Origin: an uncultured delta proteobacterium | GTDB lineage: Bacteria; Myxococcota_A; Polyangia; Polyangiales; Polyangiaceae | Reading direction: 5' to 3' | Assembly (NCBI GenBank): GCA_963716725.1 | Contig: CAVQUB010000003.1 | Location: 237,978 to 301,977, forward strand | DNA length: 64,000 bases | Shown: positions 48,329-57,832 of the stretch, piece by piece | Layout of the letters: each line of letters begins with the position of its first letter | Numbering within the stretch: the first letter of the stretch is position 1 | Notes under the pieces: generated by a model | Databases searched by the model: none | What the model saw: the letters and a program-made list of their open reading frames with translations, nothing else | Told to the model about the DNA's origin: nothing | Position numbers and translations under genes: made by a program

Positions 48329-51025
48329 TCAGGCCCCATCCTGCGGCGCCGCGGCCTGCGCCATGAGCCGGGCCATCCCATCGAAGAGCGCCATCAGCGA
48401 CGCGGCGACTTCGGGGGGCGCTTCGATCGACACGCCGCCGCCTTCGGTGCGTCGCACGCGCACGCTGGACAGGAGCGCTGCAGGACCGATCGCATCCGTG
48501 GCCGCCGGCGGAGGGTGGGGCTCCCGGGGGTCCAGCGCGGAGTCCCGACGGACGATCGCGTCGCCCTTCGTCGAACCTGAGTCGGGCACGCGATCCTCGA
48601 CGTCGTCGACGGAGCTGTCCGAGTCCAGCGGCGGCAGGGCCGCCAGCGCGGCGGGTGCGAGGGGGGATTCCGGCGCTACGAGCCGCTCCACATCGCGCAG
48701 GAACGACGCATGGCCGTCGAAGCGCACGCTGTCGCTCGTGCCGTCAAAGAGCCCCGAGAACAGCGCGCGCTTGTTCGACACGATGGCCGCGATGCGCGAC
48801 TCGATCCCGTACTCCGAGACGAGGTTGTAGACGTCGATCGGCCGCTTTTGGCCGAGGCGGTAGATGCGACCGATGCGCTGCTCGAGCACGGCCGGGTTCC
48901 ACGGCAACTCCAGGTTGATGCACGCGCTCGCGGCGCGCTGGAGGTTCAATCCCACACCGCCGGCGTCGCTCAGGAACATGACGCGCGTGTCGGGCTCATC
49001 ATGGAAGTCCACGATCGAACGCGTGCGCTGCGTTTGCGACTCGGCACCCGTGAAAAAAACCGCGGACGCGCCAGCGTCGCCCAGGATGTCACGCACGCTC
49101 CACGCCGCGAGCCTGAGCATGCGCCGCCACTGGCTGAACACGACGATCTTGCGCTCCTGCGCCAGCGCGATCTCCTCGATCAAGCGCCGGAACTCGAACA
49201 GCTTCGGCGCGAACAGCCCCTCGATCAGCGCGTCGTCGGGGCGCGCGCCCTCGTAGGTCGGCCACAGGTCGTCGAACTGAAGTTGGCCGAGCCCGTTGGA
49301 GATGATGCGCTGCACCGTGAGCATCTGCATCAGCTTGAGGAACTCCGGCTGGGTGAGCGGGCGCCGCGCTGCCCTGGCGACCATCGCCGCGATCGGCTGG
49401 TTCAGCTCGTCGTGCCTGGCGATCTGCTGCTCGGTCATCGGTACCGGCACGCGCGTATCGGTGCGCGAAGGCAGCTGCTTCAGCACCTCCTGGCGACGAC
49501 GACGCACCAGGCACGGCTCGAGACGCGTTCGCAACGTGTCCAGATTGCGGGCGCCGGCGCTCCCGCTCGCCGCGTCGCCGCCCGCGTAGGTGTGCCACGG
49601 GTCGAGGCGCCACTTGGGCGCAAGCGCGACGTCGTCCACCCAGTCGAGAATGCTCGCCAGCTCTTCCAATCGGTTCTCCATTGGCGTGCCGGTCAACACG
49701 AGACGGAAGCGCGGCGCGAGCGCCTTGACGTAGGTAGCGCTCTTGGTCGCCCAGTTCTTGATGCGCTGCGCTTCATCGAGCACGACCATGTCCGGCTCGA
49801 TCGCGCGCACCTGCTCGAAGTCCCGGAGGAGCTGCTCATAACCGATGATCAGGAAGCCCCGCTTCAATCTCCGGTATTGCTCTGCTCGATCCGCCGGAGC
49901 GCCGTCGACGACGCTGGCCGGCACGTCGGTCGTGTCTTCCCACTCGCGGAGCCACTGCGGCTTGAGCGCCGCAGGCACGACCAGCACACCCCGCTTGACG
50001 ACTCCGGCGTGGAAGAGCGCATGGCACGCTGCCACCGCTTGGGTCGTCTTGCCGAGGCCCATGTCGTCGGCGAGCAGAAGCCTCCCCGATCGCAGGAAGC
50101 GCTCGACGCCCTCGCGCTGGTAGGCGTAGAGCTTGCGCTTCAGCGACGCGAGCTTCGGCAACGACCGTTCGGCAGATCGGCGGGCGTCCACGACGCGCTC
50201 GGCACGTGCGATCTCCTCGACCACCAGCGCCTGCGCAGCGGGCTCGCAGGGCATTCGGCCCTTGATCAGCCGCCGCAGCAGCGCGAGGCGCTCCCCGATG
50301 TCGCGCAAGGGCTTTGCGTCGAGCGCGCACAGGGTCGCGCCCCCGGGAGGCTCGAGCGCTTGCGCCGTCGCACTGAGCAGCTGCCAGGCGCGAAGATCTT
50401 CCGTCTCGTAGTGAACCACCGACTCCGCGTCGGACCGCGAACCCCGCAGCTTCTCCCGCACCTCCACCCAGCCCGCGGGGACGCGACCGCGAACGGCGAT
50501 CCGGAGTCCGAGCAGACGATCGAGTGGGCCGGCGAGCGGTATCGACGGATCCCACCACACGACACCGATCGGGAACGCGCTGCCGCGCGCTTGCTCGCGC
50601 TCGGCCGCGTCGACGCTTTTCGCCGTCGAGCACACGTCGTCGAGCACGGCGAGCAGGTGCTTGCACAACCCGAGCGAGCTGCGCACGAAGTCCGCGCAAC
50701 CACAGCTCCCGCGCAAGGGCACCAGGCTCGCGAGCAGCGTTTGATACGGCCGCAAATCCGCATGTGGCGCGCCCGTCGCGTAGATCCCGAACACGCGCTT
50801 GGGCCGCTTGACGACTCGCAGCCCGTCGCGCTCACCGAAGCGGCGACGGCGGTGCAGAGCATCGAGCGCGGCGCTCTTGAGCGCCCAGTCGCCGGTCGTC
50901 GTGCTGGCGACGACCTGCGCGGCAATCAGCTCAGCGGGCACCTTGCCGTAGCGCTTGCGCGCGCGCTCGCGCAGTGTCTCGAATGTTTCCTCGAAGCTCT
51001 CGGGCGGTCGCTCGGTGCGTGACAT
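48329..51025 (-). CDS. SWIM zinc finger-SNF2 family helicase/ATPase
   Basis: CGCADF...CKH SWIM; LADDMGLGKT, DEAQRIKN, LTGTPMEN, DAGGVGLNLQ, WNPAVLEQRIGRIYR. Confidence 0.95.
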   Translation of the reverse strand: MSRTERPPESFEETFETLRERARKRYGKVPAELIAAQVVASTTTGDWALKSAALDALHRRRRFGERDGLRVVKRPKRVFGIYATGAPHADLRPYQTLLASLVPLRGSCGCADFVRSSLGLCKHLLAVLDDVCSTAKSVDAAEREQARGSAFPIGVVWWDPSIPLAGPLDRLLGLRIAVRGRVPAGWVEVREKLRGSRSDAESVVHYETEDLRAWQLLSATAQALEPPGGATLCALDAKPLRDIGERLALLRRLIKGRMPCEPAAQALVVEEIARAERVVDARRSAERSLPKLASLKRKLYAYQREGVERFLRSGRLLLADDMGLGKTTQAVAACHALFHAGVVKRGVLVVPAALKPQWLREWEDTTDVPASVVDGAPADRAEQYRRLKRGFLIIGYEQLLRDFEQVRAIEPDMVVLDEAQRIKNWATKSATYVKALAPRFRLVLTGTPMENRLEELASILDWVDDVALAPKWRLDPWHTYAGGDAASGSAGARNLDTLRTRLEPCLVRRRRQEVLKQLPSRTDTRVPVPMTEQQIARHDELNQPIAAMVARAARRPLTQPEFLKLMQMLTVQRIISNGLGQLQFDDLWPTYEGARPDDALIEGLFAPKLFEFRRLIEEIALAQERKIVVFSQWRRMLRLAAWSVRDILGDAGASAVFFTGAESQTQRTRSIVDFHDEPDTRVMFLSDAGGVGLNLQRAASACINLELPWNPAVLEQRIGRIYRLGQKRPIDVYNLVSEYGIESRIAAIVSNKRALFSGLFDGTSDSVRFDGHASFLRDVERLVAPESPLAPAALAALPPLDSDSSVDDVEDRVPDSGSTKGDAIVRRDSALDPREPHPPPAATDAIGPAALLSSVRVRRTEGGGVSIEAPPEVAASLMALFDGMARLMAQAAAPQDGA

Positions 51026-51317
51026 GTCGCTGGGCGAAGGAGCTAGCGCGGAGACCGCGCGGCGTCAGCTAGCGCGCGAGAACGGCAAGTATGGTGCTGG
51101 ACCCGGGCCCCGGCAGCTCTCGAAGGCAGGTGCCCCCGCGCGCGATCGACAGGTGGCCACCACCAGCGGCAGTTCGTTGTGCGATGGGGCGGAACTCTTT
51201 GCGAAGAAACGCCGTGCGGAACCGGCGATTCGAGACGTCGCGCAGGTCTCGGCAGATAGCTCACGAACGGCTAGATTGGGCGACGCGCGCCCAGGGCGCT
51301 CCAAGGATCGACCCGCC

Positions 51318-52451
51318 ATGAGCAGATCGCGTGACCGTACGTCGAAGCAAGAGCGTCGAGACAGAAAGCGACGCGAGGCGATCGCCAGGCACCCGTGGAG
51401 GCTCGCCCACGAGACGATGATGATCGTTGCACCGCCATGGGCCCGCGTCGTTCGCAAGCTCATCGAGCGAATGCGCCCGGCACCCGGGGAAGCTCCGGTC
51501 CTGGTCGAGGAGCGGCTGATCAGCTCCGATCCCGAGTTCCGAGAGATGCTTCACGGCCGCTTCCAGGTCGAGACCCGCGCCCTCGGCCGGGACCAAGAGC
51601 TCGCGTTCGCGAACGTCCAATGCCTCTGCGGGCTGGCCGAGTGCGCCATCAACTACGAGGTCGGGGGGAAGAAAGCCTTCTGGGTGGACGGGGGGCTCGC
51701 AGAACTCCTCTCCGAGACGACGCTCGACATCTCGGGCGACGCGCTGAGACTCCCTTTCCCGAGCTGCGCCTTCATCTTCGACGATCCGCGGACCCTCGAC
51801 CTGGCCGACGCGCTGAGGGGAACGTTGGGAACGACGCGGGCGTCGCCGTTCCGCATGCTGACCGCCTACGTGTTCCCCATCCCGAGCGACTTCGACGAGG
51901 TCGGCCTCCGGTTCGCATTTCTAGCCGACGCTTTCGACGGCGAGTGGCCGTACCCCGTGACGCGCGACGTGCCTCTCGATGGCAAGCGAACCCTCGACGC
52001 AATCCTCGCGAGCCATCCCGATCCCGACGAGTCGGATGCCTCAACGGATCCTTTCTTCGACCGCGAGGAGCTGCGTGACCTGCTGCACCTCGTGATCAAC
52101 GCGGTGCTCTACGCAACGTCGCGCGAGTTCACGGCGGAGGTCCGATCACCCCCGGCCCCGGGGGCGCTCGGTCTGAGGGGCAAGCCTCTCGAGTTGTCCG
52201 GCGAGACCGTGTTCTATCTCCCGAACCGGATCGTCATCGCTCCCTTCAAGGGCACCGACGATGACCCTCCGCGCCGTCGAACCGGACGTCAGATCGAAAA
52301 GCGATTCTGGGTGCGAGGGCACTGGCGCAAGCCGAACGCGAGCTGGCAGGACCGGCGGCTGCGTTGGATAGCACCCTACTTGAAGGGTCCTGAGATGACC
52401 GCGATCATCGAGCGCATGTACGACCTGAAGGGCAAGAGCTCCGCGAGCTGA
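51318..52451 (+). CDS. Hypothetical protein with C-terminal VRGHWR...WIxPYxKGP motif
   Basis: Basic N-terminus; LRLPFPS; LVINAVLY; RFWVRGHWRKP...WIAPYLKGP. Confidence 0.75.
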   Translation: MSRSRDRTSKQERRDRKRREAIARHPWRLAHETMMIVAPPWARVVRKLIERMRPAPGEAPVLVEERLISSDPEFREMLHGRFQVETRALGRDQELAFANVQCLCGLAECAINYEVGGKKAFWVDGGLAELLSETTLDISGDALRLPFPSCAFIFDDPRTLDLADALRGTLGTTRASPFRMLTAYVFPIPSDFDEVGLRFAFLADAFDGEWPYPVTRDVPLDGKRTLDAILASHPDPDESDASTDPFFDREELRDLLHLVINAVLYATSREFTAEVRSPPAPGALGLRGKPLELSGETVFYLPNRIVIAPFKGTDDDPPRRRTGRQIEKRFWVRGHWRKPNASWQDRRLRWIAPYLKGPEMTAIIERMYDLKGKSSAS

Positions 52452-52508
52452 CGCCGCCGAAGCGGCCTGGGATCGCGCTGCGCTGCGAATTCCCCGGGGT
52501 GATCTCAG

Positions 52509-52581
52509 TGGGCCATGAAAGACTTGAACTTTCAGCCAACGGATTAAGAGTCCGCTGCTCTACCAATTGAGCTAATGGCCC
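52509..52581 (-). tRNA. tRNA-Lys(CTT), CCA not encoded
   Basis: GGGCCATTAGCTCAATTGGTAGAGCAGCGGACTCTTAATCCGTTGGCTGAAAGTTCAAGTCTTTCATGGCCCA folds as a cloverleaf. Confidence 0.96.
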
Positions 52582-52665
52582 ATCCCGCTGCGCGTTTCCG
52601 CGTTCGGGGAGGGCCCGCTATTACCACGGTGGTCTTACGCGTCAAGCACACTTCGTGCTCTGGAT

Positions 52666-52742
52666 TGGCGCGCCCCGTAGGATTCGAACCTACGACCGTC
52701 GGATCCGAAGTCCGAAGCTCTATCCAGCTGAGCTAGGGGCGC
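52666..52742 (-). tRNA. tRNA-Arg(TCG), CCA encoded
   Basis: GCGCCCCTAGCTCAGCTGGATAGAGCTTCGGACTTCGGATCCGACGGTCGTAGGTTCGAATCCTACGGGGCGCGCCA; anticodon stem TCGGA/TCCGA, loop CT-TCG-GA. Confidence 0.95.
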
Positions 52743-52813
52743 AACTGGCCCGTCTCATCCCGCGCCCGGCGGCTCTCGTCAAGCCGGGCGCGTTGTTCTA
52801 GCGTCCCTGGAGC

Positions 52814-54463
52814 ATGCCCAGCGCGTCGGTGCCCCCGCCCGCGGAGGCGATTCAGCCAGAACGCGTGGTCGACCCGGACGGCTGGCTGGTGGCCGTGTCG
52901 TGGGTCGTGGTCGGGCTGTCGGCCGCGCAGATCCTGCTGCTGTCCTTCGGGCGGGACCAGAGCATCTACGCCACCGTGGCCGACGGCATCTTGCGCGGGC
53001 AGATGCCGTACCGAGACCTCTGGGACTTCAAGCCACCGGGCATCTTCCTGATCTACGCCCTGGCCCAGGCGCTGTTCGGCAAGACCATGCTGGCGGTCCG
53101 CTTGCTCGAGGTCGCGGGCCTGGTGGGCATGATCTTCGGCTTCACGCGCCTGTCCGAGAGATTCTTCGGTGTGCGACGCGTGGGCGTGATCGGCGGCGCG
53201 GTGGCCGCGCTCATCCACGCGCAACTCGAGTTCTGGCACACCGCGCAGCCGGAGACCTTCGGAGGGTTCTTGACGGTGTGGGCCTTGGTGCTCACCGCGC
53301 TGGAGGGCAAGCGCAGTCGCAGGCTCTGGCGCTGGCTCGTGATCGGCGCGCTGTTCGGAGCAGCCTTCTTGCTCAAGCCACCCCTGGGCGGTGGCGCCCT
53401 CGCTTGTGCCGCTTACTTGGTTCGAGACGAGTGGAGGCGCGAGGCGACGTGGCGATCGGCGGTCCTGCCTTTCGCGGTGATCGGAGTCGGGAGTCTGCTT
53501 CCCATCGTGGCCTGCGGACTCTGGTTCGTGTCGAAGGGGGCCTGGTCCGAGCTCTCGTGGACCTTGTTCGAGTTCACTCCGGGCTACACCTTGCTCGGCT
53601 GGAGCAACAAGAGCGCCCCCGAGATGTTCTATTGGGGGCTAGAAGAGCTGTTTTTCCGCTTCTCGGCCCTGGCCGCCCTCGGCTTCATCGCGAGCATCGT
53701 GATTCACCCGATGCACGAAGACGAACGCCGCGGGGTGTTCTTGGTGCTGGGCGTGATGGCGATCCACCTGGCTGGGATCGCCATGCAAGGCAAGTTCTTC
53801 CAGTACCACTACGCCGCGTCGTTGCCGCTCCTGGCGCTGCTCGGAGGCCTCGGGCTGTACAAGCTCTGGCGACGCACGCTGGCGGCGGGTGCCAGTGGCG
53901 TGCTGGCCTTCGTCGCCTTCGTCGTCGTCGCGGGCAGCATGCGCACCGCCGTGCGGGACCTCGGCAGCTTCTGGGATCGCGCGCTGCTGCGCACCGGATA
54001 CCTGCTCCGCACCGGACCCATCACCTCGCGAGAGTTGCTCGACAAGGAGCTGTACCGAGTCGCGGACTACGATCTGGACTCGAACCGACGGGTCGCCCTC
54101 GAGGTGCAGCGTCGAACGGCGCCGGGCTCCAAGATCTTCGTCTGGGGGTTCGAGCCGGGCATCTACTGGCTTTCGGATCGGCCGAGCTCGACACGCTACG
54201 TCTACGACGTACCGCAGCGCGTGTCGTGGGGCAGGGAGCGGGCGCAGCGCGAGCTGATGGCCGATCTGGCGAAGAGCCCGCCGGCCCTGGTCGTCGTGCA
54301 GCGCGGGGACCGCTTCAGCTGGGTCACCGGGGACAACTACGACTCCGCCGAGGCGTTGCCGCACTTCCGGGAGCTCGCCGCGCTGATCGAGGCTGATTTC
54401 CAGCTCGCCACCAGCGTCGACGACTTCGACGTGTACGAGCGGCGCGTCCCGACGGACGGCTAG
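52814..54463 (+). CDS. GT-C fold (GT39/PMT-like) membrane glycosyltransferase
   Basis: RDQSIY...ILRGQMPYRDLWDFKPPGIFLIY, AQPETF, FLLKPP, FFQYHY, IFVWGFEPGIY. Confidence 0.85.
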   Translation: MPSASVPPPAEAIQPERVVDPDGWLVAVSWVVVGLSAAQILLLSFGRDQSIYATVADGILRGQMPYRDLWDFKPPGIFLIYALAQALFGKTMLAVRLLEVAGLVGMIFGFTRLSERFFGVRRVGVIGGAVAALIHAQLEFWHTAQPETFGGFLTVWALVLTALEGKRSRRLWRWLVIGALFGAAFLLKPPLGGGALACAAYLVRDEWRREATWRSAVLPFAVIGVGSLLPIVACGLWFVSKGAWSELSWTLFEFTPGYTLLGWSNKSAPEMFYWGLEELFFRFSALAALGFIASIVIHPMHEDERRGVFLVLGVMAIHLAGIAMQGKFFQYHYAASLPLLALLGGLGLYKLWRRTLAAGASGVLAFVAFVVVAGSMRTAVRDLGSFWDRALLRTGYLLRTGPITSRELLDKELYRVADYDLDSNRRVALEVQRRTAPGSKIFVWGFEPGIYWLSDRPSSTRYVYDVPQRVSWGRERAQRELMADLAKSPPALVVVQRGDRFSWVTGDNYDSAEALPHFRELAALIEADFQLATSVDDFDVYERRVPTDG

Positions 54464-54464
54464 G

Positions 54465-54800
54465 TCAGCCCGTGAACTTGCGGACCAGCTCGAAGCGGGA
54501 TCGCACGTCGGCCTTGCGCAGCACCGCAGCCACCTGATTGGCGACGGTGCGCACGGCGACCCTCCGCGCAAAGGCTATTTGGCGATTGGAGTGCCCGAGT
54601 AGGAGCGACGCGGCCACTTCGCGCTCGGTCGGCGTGAGGTTCGTGGGCAGAGCCGGCGACGCCGCCGGATAGGAGAGCACGAAGTACTCGTCACGGCCCC
54701 AGCTGAAGTTCGATGCCCGCAGCCCGCTGGGACACGGCAGGCAGGTGGCACAGGTGGCCGGCGCGTCCGCCGCGGCCGCAGCGAGTGAACAACCCCTCAT
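54465..54800 (-). CDS. Stand-alone LuxR-type HTH regulator
   Basis: LTPTEREVA...GHSNRQIA..RRVAVRTVANQV...K..VRSRFEL. Confidence 0.85.
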   Translation of the reverse strand: MRGCSLAAAAADAPATCATCLPCPSGLRASNFSWGRDEYFVLSYPAASPALPTNLTPTEREVAASLLLGHSNRQIAFARRVAVRTVANQVAAVLRKADVRSRFELVRKFTG

Positions 54801-54842
54801 GATCGAAAATCCTATTCGTTGAGTCGAGCCCGGAGCAATGGT

Positions 54843-55319
54843 TCATTTCTTCTCGCGATGGACCTGCGACCGTGGCTGTCGCAGCGTCGGGTTCGGCACG
54901 GCCGTCGCGGCGCCGCCGAACACAGCGACGAGATCCGCCTGTTTTTCGAGGCCGAGCTTGAACAGCGCCCGTTGAAGCGACTTGGCCACGGTCGAGATGC
55001 TCACGCCGAGCGCGGTAGCGATGCTCTTCAGCTGCGCGCCGCGCACGCGCCGTTCAATCACTGCAATTTCGCGGGCAGTGAGCGGCGACAGCCCGGACTG
55101 GGTCGGGCCGTGGGTCTTGCGCACGACGACAAAGCGACGCCCCTCGCGGTCGAATCGGGTCACGACGCGGAGGCGTCCGGCCAAGAGGTCGCACCAGATA
55201 TCGTCGGCGGATCCCTCGAACTCGGCGTTGTTGGGCGGGCGAGCCCGGTCCACGGCCAGGGCGAGCTCTCCAAGCAGCTCGCCGTTCACCCGCCGATCCG
55301 ACTTCCCCCCGCGCACCAT
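54843..55319 (-). CDS. LuxR-type HTH regulator
   Basis: LTAREIAVI...GAQLKSIATALGVSISTVAKSLQRALFKLGL. Confidence 0.85.
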   Translation of the reverse strand: MVRGGKSDRRVNGELLGELALAVDRARPPNNAEFEGSADDIWCDLLAGRLRVVTRFDREGRRFVVVRKTHGPTQSGLSPLTAREIAVIERRVRGAQLKSIATALGVSISTVAKSLQRALFKLGLEKQADLVAVFGGAATAVPNPTLRQPRSQVHREKK

Positions 55320-55413
55320 GCTGTCCCCTCCCCGGATATCAGCCCGGAGCCAGCGGCATCTATGGTCATTTTTTCGGTCGTGGGCGCTCCCTCATGCCCG
55401 ACCGAGTCGCGTT

Positions 55414-57801
55414 TCAGTCCGGCTTGGTCATCCAACCATCGACGCACACCGCTCGCGGCAGCGCGTCGCGCGTGCTCACGCGGATCTCGACGTCGTGCTG
55501 GCCGCCAGCGAAACGCGCGGTGTCGAAGCTGGCCAGGCGGGCCCCTGGAAGATTGGGAAGGCGCAGCGTGCCCAGGAGCGCGCCATCGATTCGCAGGTGG
55601 ACGAACGCGGGCTTTCGGTTCCACGCGGCGCCCCCGTCCTCCAGACCGGCGACCACGATCAGCTTCTTGCCGAGCGGGCTGCGCCAGGTGTGCCTCGTCG
55701 GTCGCCCCCGCGCGGGGGACGTCCACGTCATGCTCCGAACTGCGCCGCCGACGCGGCAGAGGCGCGCAGCATCGCTTCCGGGCAGCTCAGCCAGCGTCGT
55801 CGCGATGGCGAGCCCTTCGATGCCGATCAAGCGGTACTGCCCGATGCGCCGATCCTCGATCTTGGGTCCCAAGCCACGCAGCGCACGGCTGAGATCGTTC
55901 TCGCGGCCGGCGCGCAGCACGAACCACGCGCGTGGGTGACCGAGGGCGCCCCGGGGGCCCAGCGCCGGATCGAGCACCTCGCGCGACGTCGGCACGGGCG
56001 GCGGCGAGTCGGCGAAGATCGGTCTTTCTTTCACGAACGCCAGCTGCCAGTCGGCGCGGTCGACGAGCACGTCGCCGGGCTTCACCCTGGTTGCGAGGTG
56101 CGCCTGCACGGCGGCGGCGCCGGCGCGACCCCGCGAGACGACGAGCGTCCACCCGAGGTAGCCGGCTGAGGCTGCGCCGACCGCGAGGGCCAGGGCGGCG
56201 AAGCCGAGCGCGCGGCGGGAGGGCGCGACCTTCGTGGGCTCACGTTCGAGCGAGTGGCCGCCGGCCACCGCAAACGCCGCAAACAACGAGCAGCCGAGGT
56301 AGAAACTGTCCCAAATGATGCCGTTGAACATCACGAACAGCACGTAGGCCATGCCGAGCGGTGCGATGACGGCGCGCCGTCCGCGCGCGACCAGCGCGAC
56401 GACGAGCGACAAGAGCGGCAGCGCCACTTGCGCGCGTGGCATCCACACGGTGGCCTTGGCCTCGTAGAGCGGTCCCGAAAACCCGAACTTGGTCCAGAAC
56501 CAACCTTCGTGCACCGGACCGTACTCGACGAGCCAGCGAAAGGTGCCAAACCAGAAGGCGTCGGGGTTGAGCGCGACGAAGGGCACGAGCAGCAGGGCGG
56601 CGACGATGCCCGTCAGGGCGAGCTTGGGCAGCGCGCTGCGCCAGCCCAAATCCCGGAGCATGCCGACGATGACGAAAGGCGCGACCACTGCGGCGAAGTG
56701 GCGTGTGGCCAAGGCGAGACCGAGAAAAAACGCCGCGAGCCACCAGCGCTTCTGCAAGGTAGTCGCGAGCACGAGCGCCAGCACGAACCACCAGGCGTGG
56801 GGCTCGGCGTAGATCCCATTCCAAGCCAGGCTCGGGCTGAAGAGCCACACCGCGCCAAAGGCCGCCGCCGCACCCTGGGCCCGCTCTCGCAGTTCGACGC
56901 GGGCCGCGCTGGCGGTCCAGAACAGCCCGAGCACCACCGCAGCATCGGCCACCAGCCCCATCAGCCGGAAGTCGAGCGCCCCGAAGAAGCGCGGCAGGCA
57001 CCAGATCAGCCACATGCCGGGCAGGTAGGTCAGTGGCACGACGCTGCCTCCTTGCATCTGGTGCAGGCCGTAGGGGTTCACGCCCGACAGAAACGCGTCT
57101 TGCGCGCTCTTGACCAGGGGCAACATGTCGCGCGTCGCCGGATCGATCTTCCAAGTCTCGAGGCCGACGTAGCGCAGACCGATGCCTGCGCCGAGCAGGG
57201 CGAGCACCCGGATGAAGGGTGGCAGACGCGGCACGAACAACAGCGCGACCAGCACGACTGCAGCCGACAGCGTGATGGTGTCGAGATCCGGCCTGGCGTA
57301 GGGCAGCACCGGCAACGACTGCACGCGCAGCTTGCCCACCTGGTGCACCAAGAGCGCGAGCGCAATCAGCAGCCCGAGCCGCTCCACGTCGCGACCGATG
57401 GCGCGACCGCGCAGCAGCCGCCAGCCGAGGGCGACGGGATAGGCAGCGAGCACCGGCGTATAAAGAAAGACCTCTCGCTCCCGCAGCGTCGGCATCGGCG
57501 GCATCGGGTAGAGCTTGGGCGCGAGCAGCGGCGCGAGAGCGCGCGCCATGAGCCAGAGGCCCGCGGTCGCCGCGAGCAGACCACAGCCGCGGCCGACCCA
57601 CACCAGCCAGCGAGGCGGCTCGGGCAGAGGTTCCTCGGGTGGAGAAATCCAGAGCGCCCCAGCGAACAGCACGAACAGCCCCGCGGTCGCGGCGACGGTG
57701 TTGCCGAAGGTCGTGCCCACGTACTCGGCAACGACGATCAGCGGCAGGAGCCACACGAAGAGCCCTGCGACGAACGCTCGCGTCGACCGAATCACGCTCA
57801 T
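55414..57801 (-). CDS. Multi-TM GT-C (GT87-like) protein with C-terminal NPCBM-like beta domain
   Basis: DMLP...GVNPY...LTYLPG loop, LGLALATR, LLVPF...PDAF; C-terminal VAGLEDG...LRIDG. Confidence 0.7.
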   Translation of the reverse strand: MSVIRSTRAFVAGLFVWLLPLIVVAEYVGTTFGNTVAATAGLFVLFAGALWISPPEEPLPEPPRWLVWVGRGCGLLAATAGLWLMARALAPLLAPKLYPMPPMPTLREREVFLYTPVLAAYPVALGWRLLRGRAIGRDVERLGLLIALALLVHQVGKLRVQSLPVLPYARPDLDTITLSAAVVLVALLFVPRLPPFIRVLALLGAGIGLRYVGLETWKIDPATRDMLPLVKSAQDAFLSGVNPYGLHQMQGGSVVPLTYLPGMWLIWCLPRFFGALDFRLMGLVADAAVVLGLFWTASAARVELRERAQGAAAAFGAVWLFSPSLAWNGIYAEPHAWWFVLALVLATTLQKRWWLAAFFLGLALATRHFAAVVAPFVIVGMLRDLGWRSALPKLALTGIVAALLLVPFVALNPDAFWFGTFRWLVEYGPVHEGWFWTKFGFSGPLYEAKATVWMPRAQVALPLLSLVVALVARGRRAVIAPLGMAYVLFVMFNGIIWDSFYLGCSLFAAFAVAGGHSLEREPTKVAPSRRALGFAALALAVGAASAGYLGWTLVVSRGRAGAAAVQAHLATRVKPGDVLVDRADWQLAFVKERPIFADSPPPVPTSREVLDPALGPRGALGHPRAWFVLRAGRENDLSRALRGLGPKIEDRRIGQYRLIGIEGLAIATTLAELPGSDAARLCRVGGAVRSMTWTSPARGRPTRHTWRSPLGKKLIVVAGLEDGGAAWNRKPAFVHLRIDGALLGTLRLPNLPGARLASFDTARFAGGQHDVEIRVSTRDALPRAVCVDGWMTKPD

Positions 57802-57832
57802 TTCCGCGCGAACGACGCTAGCACGCGCGCCC

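Noticed and set aside
47340..52510. Intact prophage or integrative element with attL/attR
   Set aside because: No integrase or structural genes, and no second copy of the tRNA-Lys 3' end found by eye
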